From the NCBI GenBank assembly GCA_002393575.1, contig DGSN01000032.1, positions 44,783-108,782 on the forward strand: DNA of 64,000 nt. The letters are read 5' to 3'. Under the pieces are notes generated by a model, which saw only the letters and a program-made list of their open reading frames with translations, had not been told where the DNA came from and ran no database searches. Shown piece after piece: positions 9,248 through 17,875 of this stretch (positions within the stretch are counted from its first letter, which is position 1; each line of letters opens with the position of its first letter). Made by a program: the position numbers and the translations under genes. This DNA comes from Prevotellaceae bacterium UBA4361 (GTDB lineage: Bacteria; Bacteroidota; Bacteroidia; Bacteroidales; Bacteroidaceae).

Positions 9248-10600
9248 ATGAACTCCGATCTGAATAAACAGTTCTACAACTACCTCTGGGCGTACATCCT
9301 TGTTGCCCTGTCAGGATGCCTCGGCAACGTAGTCGATGGCATCATCGTCGGCAACCTCATCAGCGAAGACGGCGTCAGCGCCATCAACCTCTCCAAGCCC
9401 ATCAACCAGTTCATATTCACACTCCACCTCCTCATCAATGCAGGAGCAGGAATGCTCGTGGCATACGCATTAGGAAAGAAGAACATAGCCGAAGCACAAC
9501 GCTACTTCGTCCGAGCCCTCACCCTCAGCACCAGCATCGGCATACTGCTCGCCATTGGCGGAGGTATCATCTTCCTCACACAAACAGCCAACCTCCTCTG
9601 CAGCAACGATCAGATACGTCCGCTCGCAACCGACTACATGCAGATACTCCTGCTTGGCAACCCTGCCTTCATCCTCCTGTGGGGACTCTCTACGATGGTT
9701 GGAGCCGATGGCAGTCCCAAACTCGTCTCCTTAGCCGTCATCATCGACAACGCAGCCAACCTATGCCTCGACATCGTCTTCATCCAGTGTATGGGTTGGG
9801 CCATAGCTGGTTCCTCCGCAGCAACCGTTGTGGGCCACCTCATCGGCATCGCCATCCTACTCAACCATTGGAGAAAACCAGGCGTGGCACAACTACGACT
9901 CAGCATCAAGCCCATTCCATCATCCGAACAGAACCAGCAACAAGACACACTCCTCACCTCCTGGCGACAGATAATCTCCCAAGGCGCACCCCTCGCCATT
10001 GCCTCCATCAGCCTCACCCTCCTCATGCTCTCTGCCAACACCATTGTGCTCGACACCCTGGGACGAACAGGCATCTTCGCCTTCGCAGTCTGCATGAACC
10101 TCCTGCAAATCTACAACCTCTTCGTTTCAGGCACCTGCCAAACACTCCAGTCCCTCGGAGCCATACAAGTAGGGAAAGGAAATGCCGACGGATTGCGACA
10201 AGTGATACGGAAAGCCTTCCGCTTCATCACCGTATCCATGACCATCACCTGCATCCTCGTCTGGATTTTTTCCACAGCCATCGTCCAACTCTTTGGAGCC
10301 AACGAACCAGCTTTCATCGCAGAGGGAAACCATGCACTGCGCATCTTTGCCCTCAGCTTCATCCTCTTCTGCTACATCTACGTGTTGATGATCGTGTATA
10401 AGCTCCACAAGCAAGACAACATGGCATTGTTCATCTCCTTTGCCCTCTCCCTCACCGTCATTCCAGTCCTTTGGGTCATGTCACGATGGCAACCCGCCTA
10501 CCTCTGGTACAGCTACCTCATTGCCTACATCATCGAAGGCATCGCCATCTTCATGATCCACAAAATGACCATTACTTCAAAAGTGAAAAAAGGGGCTTAG
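9248..10600 (+). CDS. MATE-family efflux transporter (MOP superfamily)
   Basis: 450 aa, about 12 hydrophobic helices in two halves. The N-terminal region (LGNVVDGIIVGNLISEDGVSAINLSKPI...AYALGKKNIAEAQRYF) fits the MATE pattern. Called by recognition. Confidence 0.65.
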   Translation: MNSDLNKQFYNYLWAYILVALSGCLGNVVDGIIVGNLISEDGVSAINLSKPINQFIFTLHLLINAGAGMLVAYALGKKNIAEAQRYFVRALTLSTSIGILLAIGGGIIFLTQTANLLCSNDQIRPLATDYMQILLLGNPAFILLWGLSTMVGADGSPKLVSLAVIIDNAANLCLDIVFIQCMGWAIAGSSAATVVGHLIGIAILLNHWRKPGVAQLRLSIKPIPSSEQNQQQDTLLTSWRQIISQGAPLAIASISLTLLMLSANTIVLDTLGRTGIFAFAVCMNLLQIYNLFVSGTCQTLQSLGAIQVGKGNADGLRQVIRKAFRFITVSMTITCILVWIFSTAIVQLFGANEPAFIAEGNHALRIFALSFILFCYIYVLMIVYKLHKQDNMALFISFALSLTVIPVLWVMSRWQPAYLWYSYLIAYIIEGIAIFMIHKMTITSKVKKGA

Positions 10601-10636
10601 TATTTAGAGTTGGTAAGTTAAAAGTTAATAGTGAAA

Positions 10637-10742
10637 AAGACCCTCCCCAACTATAGACCCCTCCAACTCCCCTGTGAGGGGAAAGAAATAACCATCCGGG
10701 TGACTACCCCCTCCCTCACAGGGAGGGCTGGGGAGGGTCTTT
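10637..10742. mobile_element. MITE/REP-like element bounded by AGACCCTCCCC ... GGGGAGGGTCT inverted termini (family B), copy 1
   Basis: Terminal inverted repeats at 10637-10648 and 10730-10742. Internal hairpins cccc-tgtga-gggg (about 10669-10681) and ccctccc-tcaca-gggaggg (10709-10727). The 3' 45 nt are near-identical to 60742-60786. Confidence 0.6.
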
Positions 10743-10753
10743 CCCACTTCCCC

Positions 10754-11323
10754 ATGTACCTCACCACCCGCATCACACAGTTCGACCTCGCCGCTGCACT
10801 CGCCACAGTCAGTGAACAACGGCGAGAGTACGCAATGCGCTATCATCAAGAGCACGACCGTCGGCTATCCGTTGCCGCATACCAACTGCTGCAACAAGCC
10901 CTCCGTGAGGAGTACGACATCAACGAAGCCCCCTGGTTCGACTTCGGCAAGCACGGAAAACCCATCCTGCGCGACCACCCCGACATTCATTTCAGCCTAA
11001 GCCATTGCCGCTATGCAGCAGCCTGTGCCGTTGACAACCAACCCGTAGGCATCGACGTGGAAAGCCTCGACAACTACGACCCATCACTTCTCCCTGCCAC
11101 CATGAACGAAGCAGAACAAGCCGAAATACACCGTTCGCCCAACCCGTCCATCACCTTTCTCCGCCTATGGACCATGAAAGAGAGTTACCTGAAAACCACT
11201 GGCGAGGGCATAGCCAATGACATGCGAACAGTACTCACCAACCCATCATTCCATCCTCAACGCTACCAATTCCACACCACTATCTACCCCCAATTTGTTT
11301 GCACGCTATGCAAACAAAACTAA
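10754..11323 (+). CDS. 4'-phosphopantetheinyl transferase, Sfp type
   Basis: Motifs GKHGKPIL, FSLSHC, VGIDVE, WTMKESYLK. I place the start at ATG 10754, because the GTG-initiated track ORF (10631) would translate straight through the family B repeat. Confidence 0.85.
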   Translation: MYLTTRITQFDLAAALATVSEQRREYAMRYHQEHDRRLSVAAYQLLQQALREEYDINEAPWFDFGKHGKPILRDHPDIHFSLSHCRYAAACAVDNQPVGIDVESLDNYDPSLLPATMNEAEQAEIHRSPNPSITFLRLWTMKESYLKTTGEGIANDMRTVLTNPSFHPQRYQFHTTIYPQFVCTLCKQN

Positions 11324-11330
11324 GTCATTC

Positions 11331-11413
11331 GTAAGTCCCCATTCCCGTAAGAGTCGTTCCCCACTCCCGTACGAGTCGTTCCCCATTCCCGCATGAGTCG
11401 TTCCCCATTCCTG
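11331..11413. repeat. Tandem direct repeat, about 22-bp unit x about 3.8 (GAGTCGTTCCCCATTCCCGTAC)
   Basis: gtaagtccccattcccgtaa / gagtcgttccccactcccgtac / gagtcgttccccattcccgcat / gagtcgttccccattcctg. Begins 8 nt after the PPTase stop codon. Confidence 0.85.
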
Positions 11414-11430
11414 TTTTTAACATCTATATT

Positions 11431-11482
11431 ACACGGAAAAAACCGCAGACTGAACGGTTTTGGAATGTTCAATCTGCGGTTT
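11431..11482 (-). terminator. Intrinsic terminator of the T9SS cargo gene
   Basis: 10-bp stem aaaccgcaga/tctgcggttt extended by tgaac/gttca, with an 11-nt loop. A U-run follows on the minus strand. Lies 27 nt after the stop at 11509. Confidence 0.6.
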
Positions 11483-11508
11483 AAGAAATGTTTAGTGGGT
11501 GTGTAGTC

Positions 11509-14500
11509 TTACTTGATGAACACCTTCTTACCGTTGATAATGTTCATACCCTTCTGTGGTGCGTTGAGACGCTGACCTTGGATGTTGTAGATGGTTTGCT
11601 GACCAGCGTTGCCACTAAGGTTAGCAATACCTACAGTTTCATCGTTGCCGAGATAGAAGAGCTGGAAGTCATCGTAGATGAGCCAGTCGTTGCCGATGGC
11701 TGCCGTCTTGCGGAGACCGATAGTTGCGTTGCCACCTGCCTTCACGTAGATGCGTACTGAGTTGTTGTAAGCCTCTGGGCTCTGGAGCAGACGGTTGTAG
11801 AATCCAGCCATAGAGGAAGGATAGTAATATACGTTGTCGCCATCCTGTACGCGGGTATCGAATGGATAAGCTGGTGATTCGAGGTTGATGTTCTGGAGGC
11901 AGTCGATAAGGTCGTCTTCGTTGAGCACAGTCTCTTCGCCTTCGAGGATGCAGATGGTGCCATCCCAGTCGGTTACGTAACCTGCATTCACAGCTTCTTC
12001 ACTGTCCTTTGCGTTCCACCACTTGTCGAAGCTTGGAGTGGTCCACTTGCCGTCGCAAACAGACTTCACGTAGTTGGAGTTTTCTGTACCTCCGCTGCTT
12101 GCATAGATGATGGCGTTGTGGTTTTCCCAATTGTCGATGTCGGCATTTGCTGCCACCCACCAGTTGTAGTAAGGACCGCTTGTTGCATTGCCTACATCGC
12201 CAGCGTCGCGATAGCAAGCACGTGCGCGGAACTCGTAGAGTCCTTCAGGAAGGTTCTTGATGGTCTGGTGAATATCGAATGGGGAAGCATTCCAGATTTC
12301 AGCGTTCTGACGTCCGTAAGTGTTGACGGTAGGAGTAGCGCCTTCGGAAGTCCAGCCTACGGTTGGTCCTTCTGCCAAAGCTGGGTTGACGAGAAGGCTT
12401 GTCACTTCAACAGGATTGTCGAGCGTAGCCTTGTCAGCATTGAGTTCTGCAAAGATAGCCTTGTTGATGACTGCGCTGAGAGCGGACTCGTAGCGGTCGA
12501 GTTCTTCGATGGTAGCATAGTGGGTAGCGAGGTCAGCTGCCTGGGTAGCGATGGTAGTGTTTGCCTCGTCTGTGTTGTAAGAACGTGCCTTGTCAACAGT
12601 TCTCATGTAAGACTCGTAAGCTGCATAAACCTTGTTGGCTTCTTCAGCATCCTTGTATGTGTCGTTTTCGCCATTACCCAAGTTGAGTGAGAACTGGAGT
12701 GCTGGTTCGATGATCGCATATTCTTCAGACTTATTGGAGTAGTTCTCCTGCATGGTGGCATACTTGCCAGGGAGGTCGAATGCAGTGGTGATGCGAGCAG
12801 CTTCTGAAGCGTACTTGTCTGCTTCCTTGACGATTTCGATAGCTTGGCTGTAAGCCTCTGGGCTGGTGATTGGCATGGAGATGGTGGCGAGGATGTCGTC
12901 AACGGCCTTGCGGTCGCCTGCCCATGTGAGGGAGCCTGCATACTTATTGTTGAGTTCTGCGATGCGGTCGTTCACAAGCTTAGAATAGTCTGGTGATTCG
13001 CCGTAGTAGCGGAATGTGACACCAGTGTTGAGTGCCATTGAGTTGTGGTGATAACCGAGCGTAACGGTGCCTCCTGTTACCTGAAGGAAGTCGGTAGTGA
13101 CATCTGTCCAGTCGCCACGACCATAGTAGCTCCAGTAGCCCTTGGATGTGGTGTTGTTGGCTTGAACCATCTTGTCGCCACACTGCAGGAATACATACTG
13201 GTTGAGGTCGGCTTCATTGCCTTCGTTAGCAAATGCGAACATACGGCCTTCGATAGTGTAGAATCCGTCAGGGAGATTGGTAACGACCTGCTTCACCCAA
13301 ATGTCACCAGTGTTAGGACCTGCGCACCAACCAGTGTAGATGCCGCAATAGCCTTTCAGCCACTGCACGTTGTTCTGCATACCGCCAATCCAACCGTTGA
13401 AGTTGTTCTGGAAAATCCATCGATTCTCGGCTTCCTTGCTGGTGGTGTAATCGACTTTGTCTGCCAATGGAACAAGCCACTGGTTCTCGTCGTCATTCCA
13501 CTGTTGTGCAATTTCCACATTGCATTCGTCGTTTGGATGATGTGCGCCCCAGGTATCTTCAATCTCCTGTGGGAACTTGTACTCGCCATCGCGGAAGGTT
13601 GGTGTATATTCCTGGTTCACGAACCAAGGGCAGGAGATGACGTTTGTCACGTCGATAAAGCCATCAGCGTTCTTGTCCTGAGAGAGTACGTAGTTGACAC
13701 GTGCCTGTGCGAGGGCATTGGCTGCGTCGAGGTAACCCTGAACGGAGAAGATGGTCTGTTCACCTTCGCCGTCACCCAGTGCTGACTTAGCAGTGGCGAT
13801 AGCAGCTTCAAGCTGTGCCTTTTCTGGATAGTCAGTCACTTGAAGGAGTCCTTCGCAAACGGTTACGAGGTAGTCCATGTTCTGAACCTTCACACGTGCC
13901 ACTTGGAAGTCTTCGATATAGCTGTTCACCAAGTCGAGAGCTGCATACACTTCATCGAGTGTGGAATTGTTTGGGTCAACGTCGATTTCTCCAACGAGCT
14001 CCTCAAGAAGTGCTGCCAAAGAAGGATAGCTGTCGCCTATCACGTCAGCAAGATTTTCAGCAGCATCGACAGCTGTGTTGAACTTAGTAAGTGCTACTAC
14101 CTTCTTTGCATCGTCGTCGTAGTCACCTTCCCAAGTGATGCGGAAATTGTTCCACCATACCTGGTCTTGAGCTTGCTCTACTTGCTTGGAGATACCAATG
14201 CGGATGGTCATTTCCTCTGGCACAGCAAAGAGGACTTCGTTTTCTCCGAACTTGCCATTTTCGAAGAAAGCGGTAGCACCGTCGTGGCAAGAAGGAGCAT
14301 AGTAGGTGTTGCCATCCTTAGATGTCTGCTTCTGGTCGTTCTGCCAACCATCATGCTGATAATAGGATTCTGTAGATTTTGACCCCCAGAGGGACATAAT
14401 CTTGGTTTCATAGCGCTCATCGCCAACCTGCACATAGAGGTAGGCGTTCTGAGTAGGTGTGCCTGCATCCCAGTTGCGGAAAGAGACGTTTGCATCTCCT

Positions 14501-14841
14501 TCACGATAGAGTGCCTGAACGGTGAGGTTGTAAAGACCTGCAGGAATGGTGAATTCCTGATAAACGTCCCACTGAGGAATGTTGTAAGTTCCCCAAGTGA
14601 CAGCAGGGCGTTCATAATCAGAGTTAGCGAACTCCCAACGAGTATCAGAGCCAGAGGTACCAGCCTGATAGTCGAAGCCCTTCCAAGCAGGATTGTCCAT
14701 ATCCTCTTGGTCACCGGTTGTGGCTTTCCAGTTCAGCAGATTGGTTACGTCCTGACCCTCTTTCCAACCAGAGGTGTCCTGAGCGTATGCACCCAATGCC
14801 AAACCAGCCAAAAGCGAAAGCGTAAAGACTCTTTTTTTCAT
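11509..14841 (-). CDS. Large secreted protein of unknown function with a T9SS (Por) C-terminal sorting domain
   Basis: Signal peptide MKKRVFTLSLLAGLALGAYAQD. C-terminal ...IYNIQGQRLNAPQKGMNIINGKKVFIK is typical of T9SS CTDs. Three related modules share LP(A/D/E)GxYxh motifs, separated by helical Ala/Glu/Leu-rich linkers. Confidence 0.8.
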   Translation of the reverse strand: MKKRVFTLSLLAGLALGAYAQDTSGWKEGQDVTNLLNWKATTGDQEDMDNPAWKGFDYQAGTSGSDTRWEFANSDYERPAVTWGTYNIPQWDVYQEFTIPAGLYNLTVQALYREGDANVSFRNWDAGTPTQNAYLYVQVGDERYETKIMSLWGSKSTESYYQHDGWQNDQKQTSKDGNTYYAPSCHDGATAFFENGKFGENEVLFAVPEEMTIRIGISKQVEQAQDQVWWNNFRITWEGDYDDDAKKVVALTKFNTAVDAAENLADVIGDSYPSLAALLEELVGEIDVDPNNSTLDEVYAALDLVNSYIEDFQVARVKVQNMDYLVTVCEGLLQVTDYPEKAQLEAAIATAKSALGDGEGEQTIFSVQGYLDAANALAQARVNYVLSQDKNADGFIDVTNVISCPWFVNQEYTPTFRDGEYKFPQEIEDTWGAHHPNDECNVEIAQQWNDDENQWLVPLADKVDYTTSKEAENRWIFQNNFNGWIGGMQNNVQWLKGYCGIYTGWCAGPNTGDIWVKQVVTNLPDGFYTIEGRMFAFANEGNEADLNQYVFLQCGDKMVQANNTTSKGYWSYYGRGDWTDVTTDFLQVTGGTVTLGYHHNSMALNTGVTFRYYGESPDYSKLVNDRIAELNNKYAGSLTWAGDRKAVDDILATISMPITSPEAYSQAIEIVKEADKYASEAARITTAFDLPGKYATMQENYSNKSEEYAIIEPALQFSLNLGNGENDTYKDAEEANKVYAAYESYMRTVDKARSYNTDEANTTIATQAADLATHYATIEELDRYESALSAVINKAIFAELNADKATLDNPVEVTSLLVNPALAEGPTVGWTSEGATPTVNTYGRQNAEIWNASPFDIHQTIKNLPEGLYEFRARACYRDAGDVGNATSGPYYNWWVAANADIDNWENHNAIIYASSGGTENSNYVKSVCDGKWTTPSFDKWWNAKDSEEAVNAGYVTDWDGTICILEGEETVLNEDDLIDCLQNINLESPAYPFDTRVQDGDNVYYYPSSMAGFYNRLLQSPEAYNNSVRIYVKAGGNATIGLRKTAAIGNDWLIYDDFQLFYLGNDETVGIANLSGNAGQQTIYNIQGQRLNAPQKGMNIINGKKVFIK

Positions 14842-15070
14842 AACGTTTTTCTTTTTAGTTTGTGGATTAGTTAATATGATTGATAAAAAAAAGTGTTTCT
14901 AAAATGGGATTCCTTCATCTATTAGGTATGTTCCCAAATAGTATTAATATCGAATAAAATTTTTGCAAAAGACGGAATTTCTCGTTGAATTCGCTATAAA
15001 ATTGGAAACAAATACTTTTAAATTTGTAACACGGAACAAAAAAATGTAAATTTTATCCTATCTAAAGAGG

Positions 15071-15244
15071 AAAAGAAGAAAATGAAGAATGAAAATTAAA
15101 TGAAAAATGGAGAATGGAGATTGAAGAATAATAAAATGAAGAATGAAGAATGGATTTTACCCTGCTCTTTGGATGAGTAATTTTCATTCTTCATTCTTCA
15201 TTTTTCATTCTTCATTCGGAGCGAAGCGTCTATTCTTCATTTAT
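15071..15244. repeat. Family A hairpin element (GAATGAA heptamer arms with a conserved loop), copy 1
   Basis: Arms aatgaagaatgaagaatgg / cattcttcattcttcatt. Loop attttaccctgctctttggatgagtaatttt. Followed by ggagcgaagcgtc. Sits 7 nt downstream of the atpG stop (minus-strand sense). Confidence 0.85.
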
Positions 15245-15250
15245 TAATGA

Positions 15251-16120
15251 CTACTCTACTTTGCCGCCCATGATGTCGATGAGTTCGTTAGTGATGGCTT
15301 GCTGACGTGTTTTGTTGTAGAGGAGGGTGAGTTCTTTGAGCAAGTCATTGGCATTGTCATCGGCTGTTTGCATGGCAAGCATACGAGCTGCGTGTTCGGA
15401 GGTGAAGGAATCAAGAAGTGTACCATAGACTTCTGCATTCAACAGACGAGGATGAAGGGCTTGAACGAGTTCATCGGCACTTGGCTCAGTGAGGAAAGGA
15501 TTGTCGGCTTCCACTTTTCCGACTTTCGGAGGGGATAATGTGAGTTCCTTGACGGTAACAACTTGACTACCCATCGACTTGAAATGGTGAAAGACGAATT
15601 CGACAGTATCTATACTACCCTCCTGATAAAGCTGAAGTATCTGGACGGTGAACTGCGACACGGCTTCGAACGGGTCACCTTTCTCCAATTTGTCCATCAA
15701 ACCGACAAAGTCGGTGATGCATGGTTGCTGTTCTTTTTTCAACTCATGGTTGATTTTTTTCCCAACAGGAATCAACTGGAGCTTGGCTCCTCGGCGTGTC
15801 CATTCATCAATTCGTTTGAAAGTGGCTTTCGAGAGGTTGCTATTGAATGCTCCGCATAGTCCGCTATTGCTGGCTATGGGAATGAGCAACACACTCTTCT
15901 GCTTTTTCTCGTCTGCTGAAGTGCTTACCTCCTCATCGGTAGCTGCACAACCGAGGTCGTTGAGGATGGAACGCAATTGCTCCATATAGCACAGGAAATT
16001 CTCAGTCATGCCCTGTGTGCGATGCAACTTGGCAGATGCTATCATACGCATGGCAGATGTGATTTTCTGCGTGGATTGTATGGACGCTATGCGGCTTTTT
16101 ATCTCTTTGAGTGAAGGCAT
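15251..16120 (-). CDS. atpG: F-type ATP synthase subunit gamma
   Basis: MPSLKEIKSRIASIQSTQKITSAMRMIASAKL... is a typical gamma N-terminus. Start moved to ATG 16120 from the track start at 16144. Confidence 0.9.
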   Translation of the reverse strand: MPSLKEIKSRIASIQSTQKITSAMRMIASAKLHRTQGMTENFLCYMEQLRSILNDLGCAATDEEVSTSADEKKQKSVLLIPIASNSGLCGAFNSNLSKATFKRIDEWTRRGAKLQLIPVGKKINHELKKEQQPCITDFVGLMDKLEKGDPFEAVSQFTVQILQLYQEGSIDTVEFVFHHFKSMGSQVVTVKELTLSPPKVGKVEADNPFLTEPSADELVQALHPRLLNAEVYGTLLDSFTSEHAARMLAMQTADDNANDLLKELTLLYNKTRQQAITNELIDIMGGKVE

Positions 16121-16176
16121 AAAACTTCGAAAGTTAAAAATCAAAAACTAAAAGGTGAAAAGATTATTCAACCTCA

Positions 16177-16216
16177 ACCATAATAATACCTTCCCAATGG
16201 CTGTGATTGTTATGGT
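16177..16216 (-). other. Intercistronic hairpin between atpA and atpG
   Basis: 11-bp stem accataataat/attgttatggt with one G-U pair and an 18-nt loop, inside a 95-nt gap made of AT-rich words. Confidence 0.5.
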
Positions 16217-16238
16217 CTTAATTTTTAATTTTTATTTA

Positions 16239-17828
16239 CTAAGATACAGTGATGCTGGCAGCAACAGAATCGAGGATGTGAGTTACATTGTCGTCGATTT
16301 TGCCACTCTTGAGTACATCGAGCACATCAGCACGATGGAGAGTGCGAAGAAGTTCGAGGAACTTGGTTTCGAAGGTATCGACCTGCTCCAATGGGATGTT
16401 ACGAAGGAGTCCATGAGTTCCACAATAGAGGATGGCTATCTGTTCCTCGACTGGCATAGGGTTGTACTGCTTCTGGATGAGCAGACGGGAATTCTTCCTA
16501 CCCTTATCGATGGTGAATGCTGTAACAGGGTCCATGTCACCACCAAACTTGGTGAAGGACTCAAGCTCGCGATATTGTGCCTGGTCGATTTTTAGGGTTC
16601 CCGACACTTTCTTCATCGACTTCAGCTGTGCATTACCTCCTACACGACTGACAGAAATACCGACATTGATGGCTGGGCGCACACCTTGGTTGAAAAGATT
16701 GGTTTCGAGGAATATCTGACCGTCGGTGATGGAAATGACATTGGTAGGGATATATGCCGACACATCGCCAGCCTGGGTTTCGATGATTGGGAGTGCCGTG
16801 AGCGAACCGCCACCACGCACCTTGCCTTTGAGACAATCAGGCAGGTCGTTCATTTGTTCTGCCACTTCCTGTTGGGAGATGATTTTTGCTGCACGCTCCA
16901 AGAGGCGGGAATGGAGATAGAAGATGTCGCCTGGATAGGCTTCACGGCCTGAAGGACGCTTGAGGATGAGGGACACTTCACGGTATGCAACAGCCTGCTT
17001 GCTGAGGTCGTCATAGACCACAAGGGCATGCCTACCGGTATCACGATAATACTCTCCAATGGCAGCTCCGGCAAACGGTGCGAAATACTGCATGGCTGCA
17101 GGGTCGGAAGCCGTGGCTGAAACAACGATGGTGTAATCCATAGCACCCTTGTCTTGCAAAGTCTTGACGATGGTGGCAACAGTGGAACCTTTCTGTCCTA
17201 CAGCCACATAGATGCAATAGACTGGCTTGCCTGCCTCAAAGTTGGCACGCTGGTTGATGATGGTGTCGATAGCAATGGATGTCTTGCCTGTCTGACGGTC
17301 GCCAATAATCAACTCACGCTGTCCTCTGCCTATAGGAATCATGGCATCAACAGCCTTCAGACCTGTTTGCAAAGGTTCGTTGACGGGTTGTCGGAAAATA
17401 ACACCAGGTGCTTTTCGCTCCAAAGGCATGTGGAGGACTTGGCCAACGATGTCGCCCTTTCCGTCGATAGGATTGCCGAGTGTGTCAACCACTCGTCCCA
17501 CCATTTCCTCGCATACAGGAATGCTGGCAATACGTCCCGTGCGTTTCACGACATCGCCTTCCTCGATGTTGTCGGTAGGACCGAGCAACACCGCACCGAC
17601 ATTGTCTTCTTCGAGATTCATGACGATGGCTTCCATTCCGTTGTCGAACTGCAAGAGTTCGCCTGCCTCAGCATTGCGCAAACCATAGGCACGCACCACG
17701 CCATCGCTCACGGTGAGCACGGTGCCGACTTCGGTTTCGTTGCCAAGACTTTCGGTGTCGTCTTCTATGTTGGTGAGCTGTTGTCGCAACATAGCAGTGA
17801 CTTCGCTAACTTTTATTTGGTCAGACAT
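16239..17828 (-). CDS. atpA: F-type ATP synthase subunit alpha
   Basis: 529 aa. Walker A GDRQTGKT. Conserved alpha-subunit sequence throughout. Confidence 0.97.
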   Translation of the reverse strand: MSDQIKVSEVTAMLRQQLTNIEDDTESLGNETEVGTVLTVSDGVVRAYGLRNAEAGELLQFDNGMEAIVMNLEEDNVGAVLLGPTDNIEEGDVVKRTGRIASIPVCEEMVGRVVDTLGNPIDGKGDIVGQVLHMPLERKAPGVIFRQPVNEPLQTGLKAVDAMIPIGRGQRELIIGDRQTGKTSIAIDTIINQRANFEAGKPVYCIYVAVGQKGSTVATIVKTLQDKGAMDYTIVVSATASDPAAMQYFAPFAGAAIGEYYRDTGRHALVVYDDLSKQAVAYREVSLILKRPSGREAYPGDIFYLHSRLLERAAKIISQQEVAEQMNDLPDCLKGKVRGGGSLTALPIIETQAGDVSAYIPTNVISITDGQIFLETNLFNQGVRPAINVGISVSRVGGNAQLKSMKKVSGTLKIDQAQYRELESFTKFGGDMDPVTAFTIDKGRKNSRLLIQKQYNPMPVEEQIAILYCGTHGLLRNIPLEQVDTFETKFLELLRTLHRADVLDVLKSGKIDDNVTHILDSVAASITVS

Positions 17829-17875
17829 TATTTATATTTGTAGATGTAGAATAGAATAAAAAAATGAAATGAGTT

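Noticed and set aside
9316-10401. 361-aa alternative-frame ORF within the MATE gene, extremely rich in R/H/P/T.
   Set aside because: It is an out-of-frame read of a C-rich membrane-protein gene. The composition is not protein-like. The +1 frame (9248..10600) gives a coherent 12-TM transporter. The same applies to 8206..8988 and 59497..60258.
10631-10753. GTG-initiated N-terminal extension of the PPTase ORF (MKKTLPNYRPLQLPCEGKEITIRVTTPSLTGRAGEGLSHFP).
   Set aside because: This segment coincides exactly with the family B inverted-repeat element, which recurs non-codingly at 60.6 kb. ATG 10754 gives a normal Sfp-type N-terminus.
11331-11413. Could the tandem repeats here (or at 32222-32290 or 48521-48622) be a CRISPR array?
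   Set aside because: The units are contiguous, with no unique spacers of about 30 nt. The units are 18-46 nt with only 2-4 copies. There are no cas genes and no leader. They are simple tandem repeats.
1-11500. The NRPS locus as a mobile genomic island.
   Set aside because: No integrase, transposase, tRNA gene or long direct flanking repeats are visible in the window. By eye the composition resembles the neighbouring core genes. The left flank lies outside the window, so mobility can be neither supported nor excluded.
16155-16595. 146-aa plus-strand ORF starting in the atpA-atpG spacer.
   Set aside because: It begins in AT-rich repeat words and then runs antisense through the atpA 3' end. 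No motifs are present, so it is a shadow ORF.
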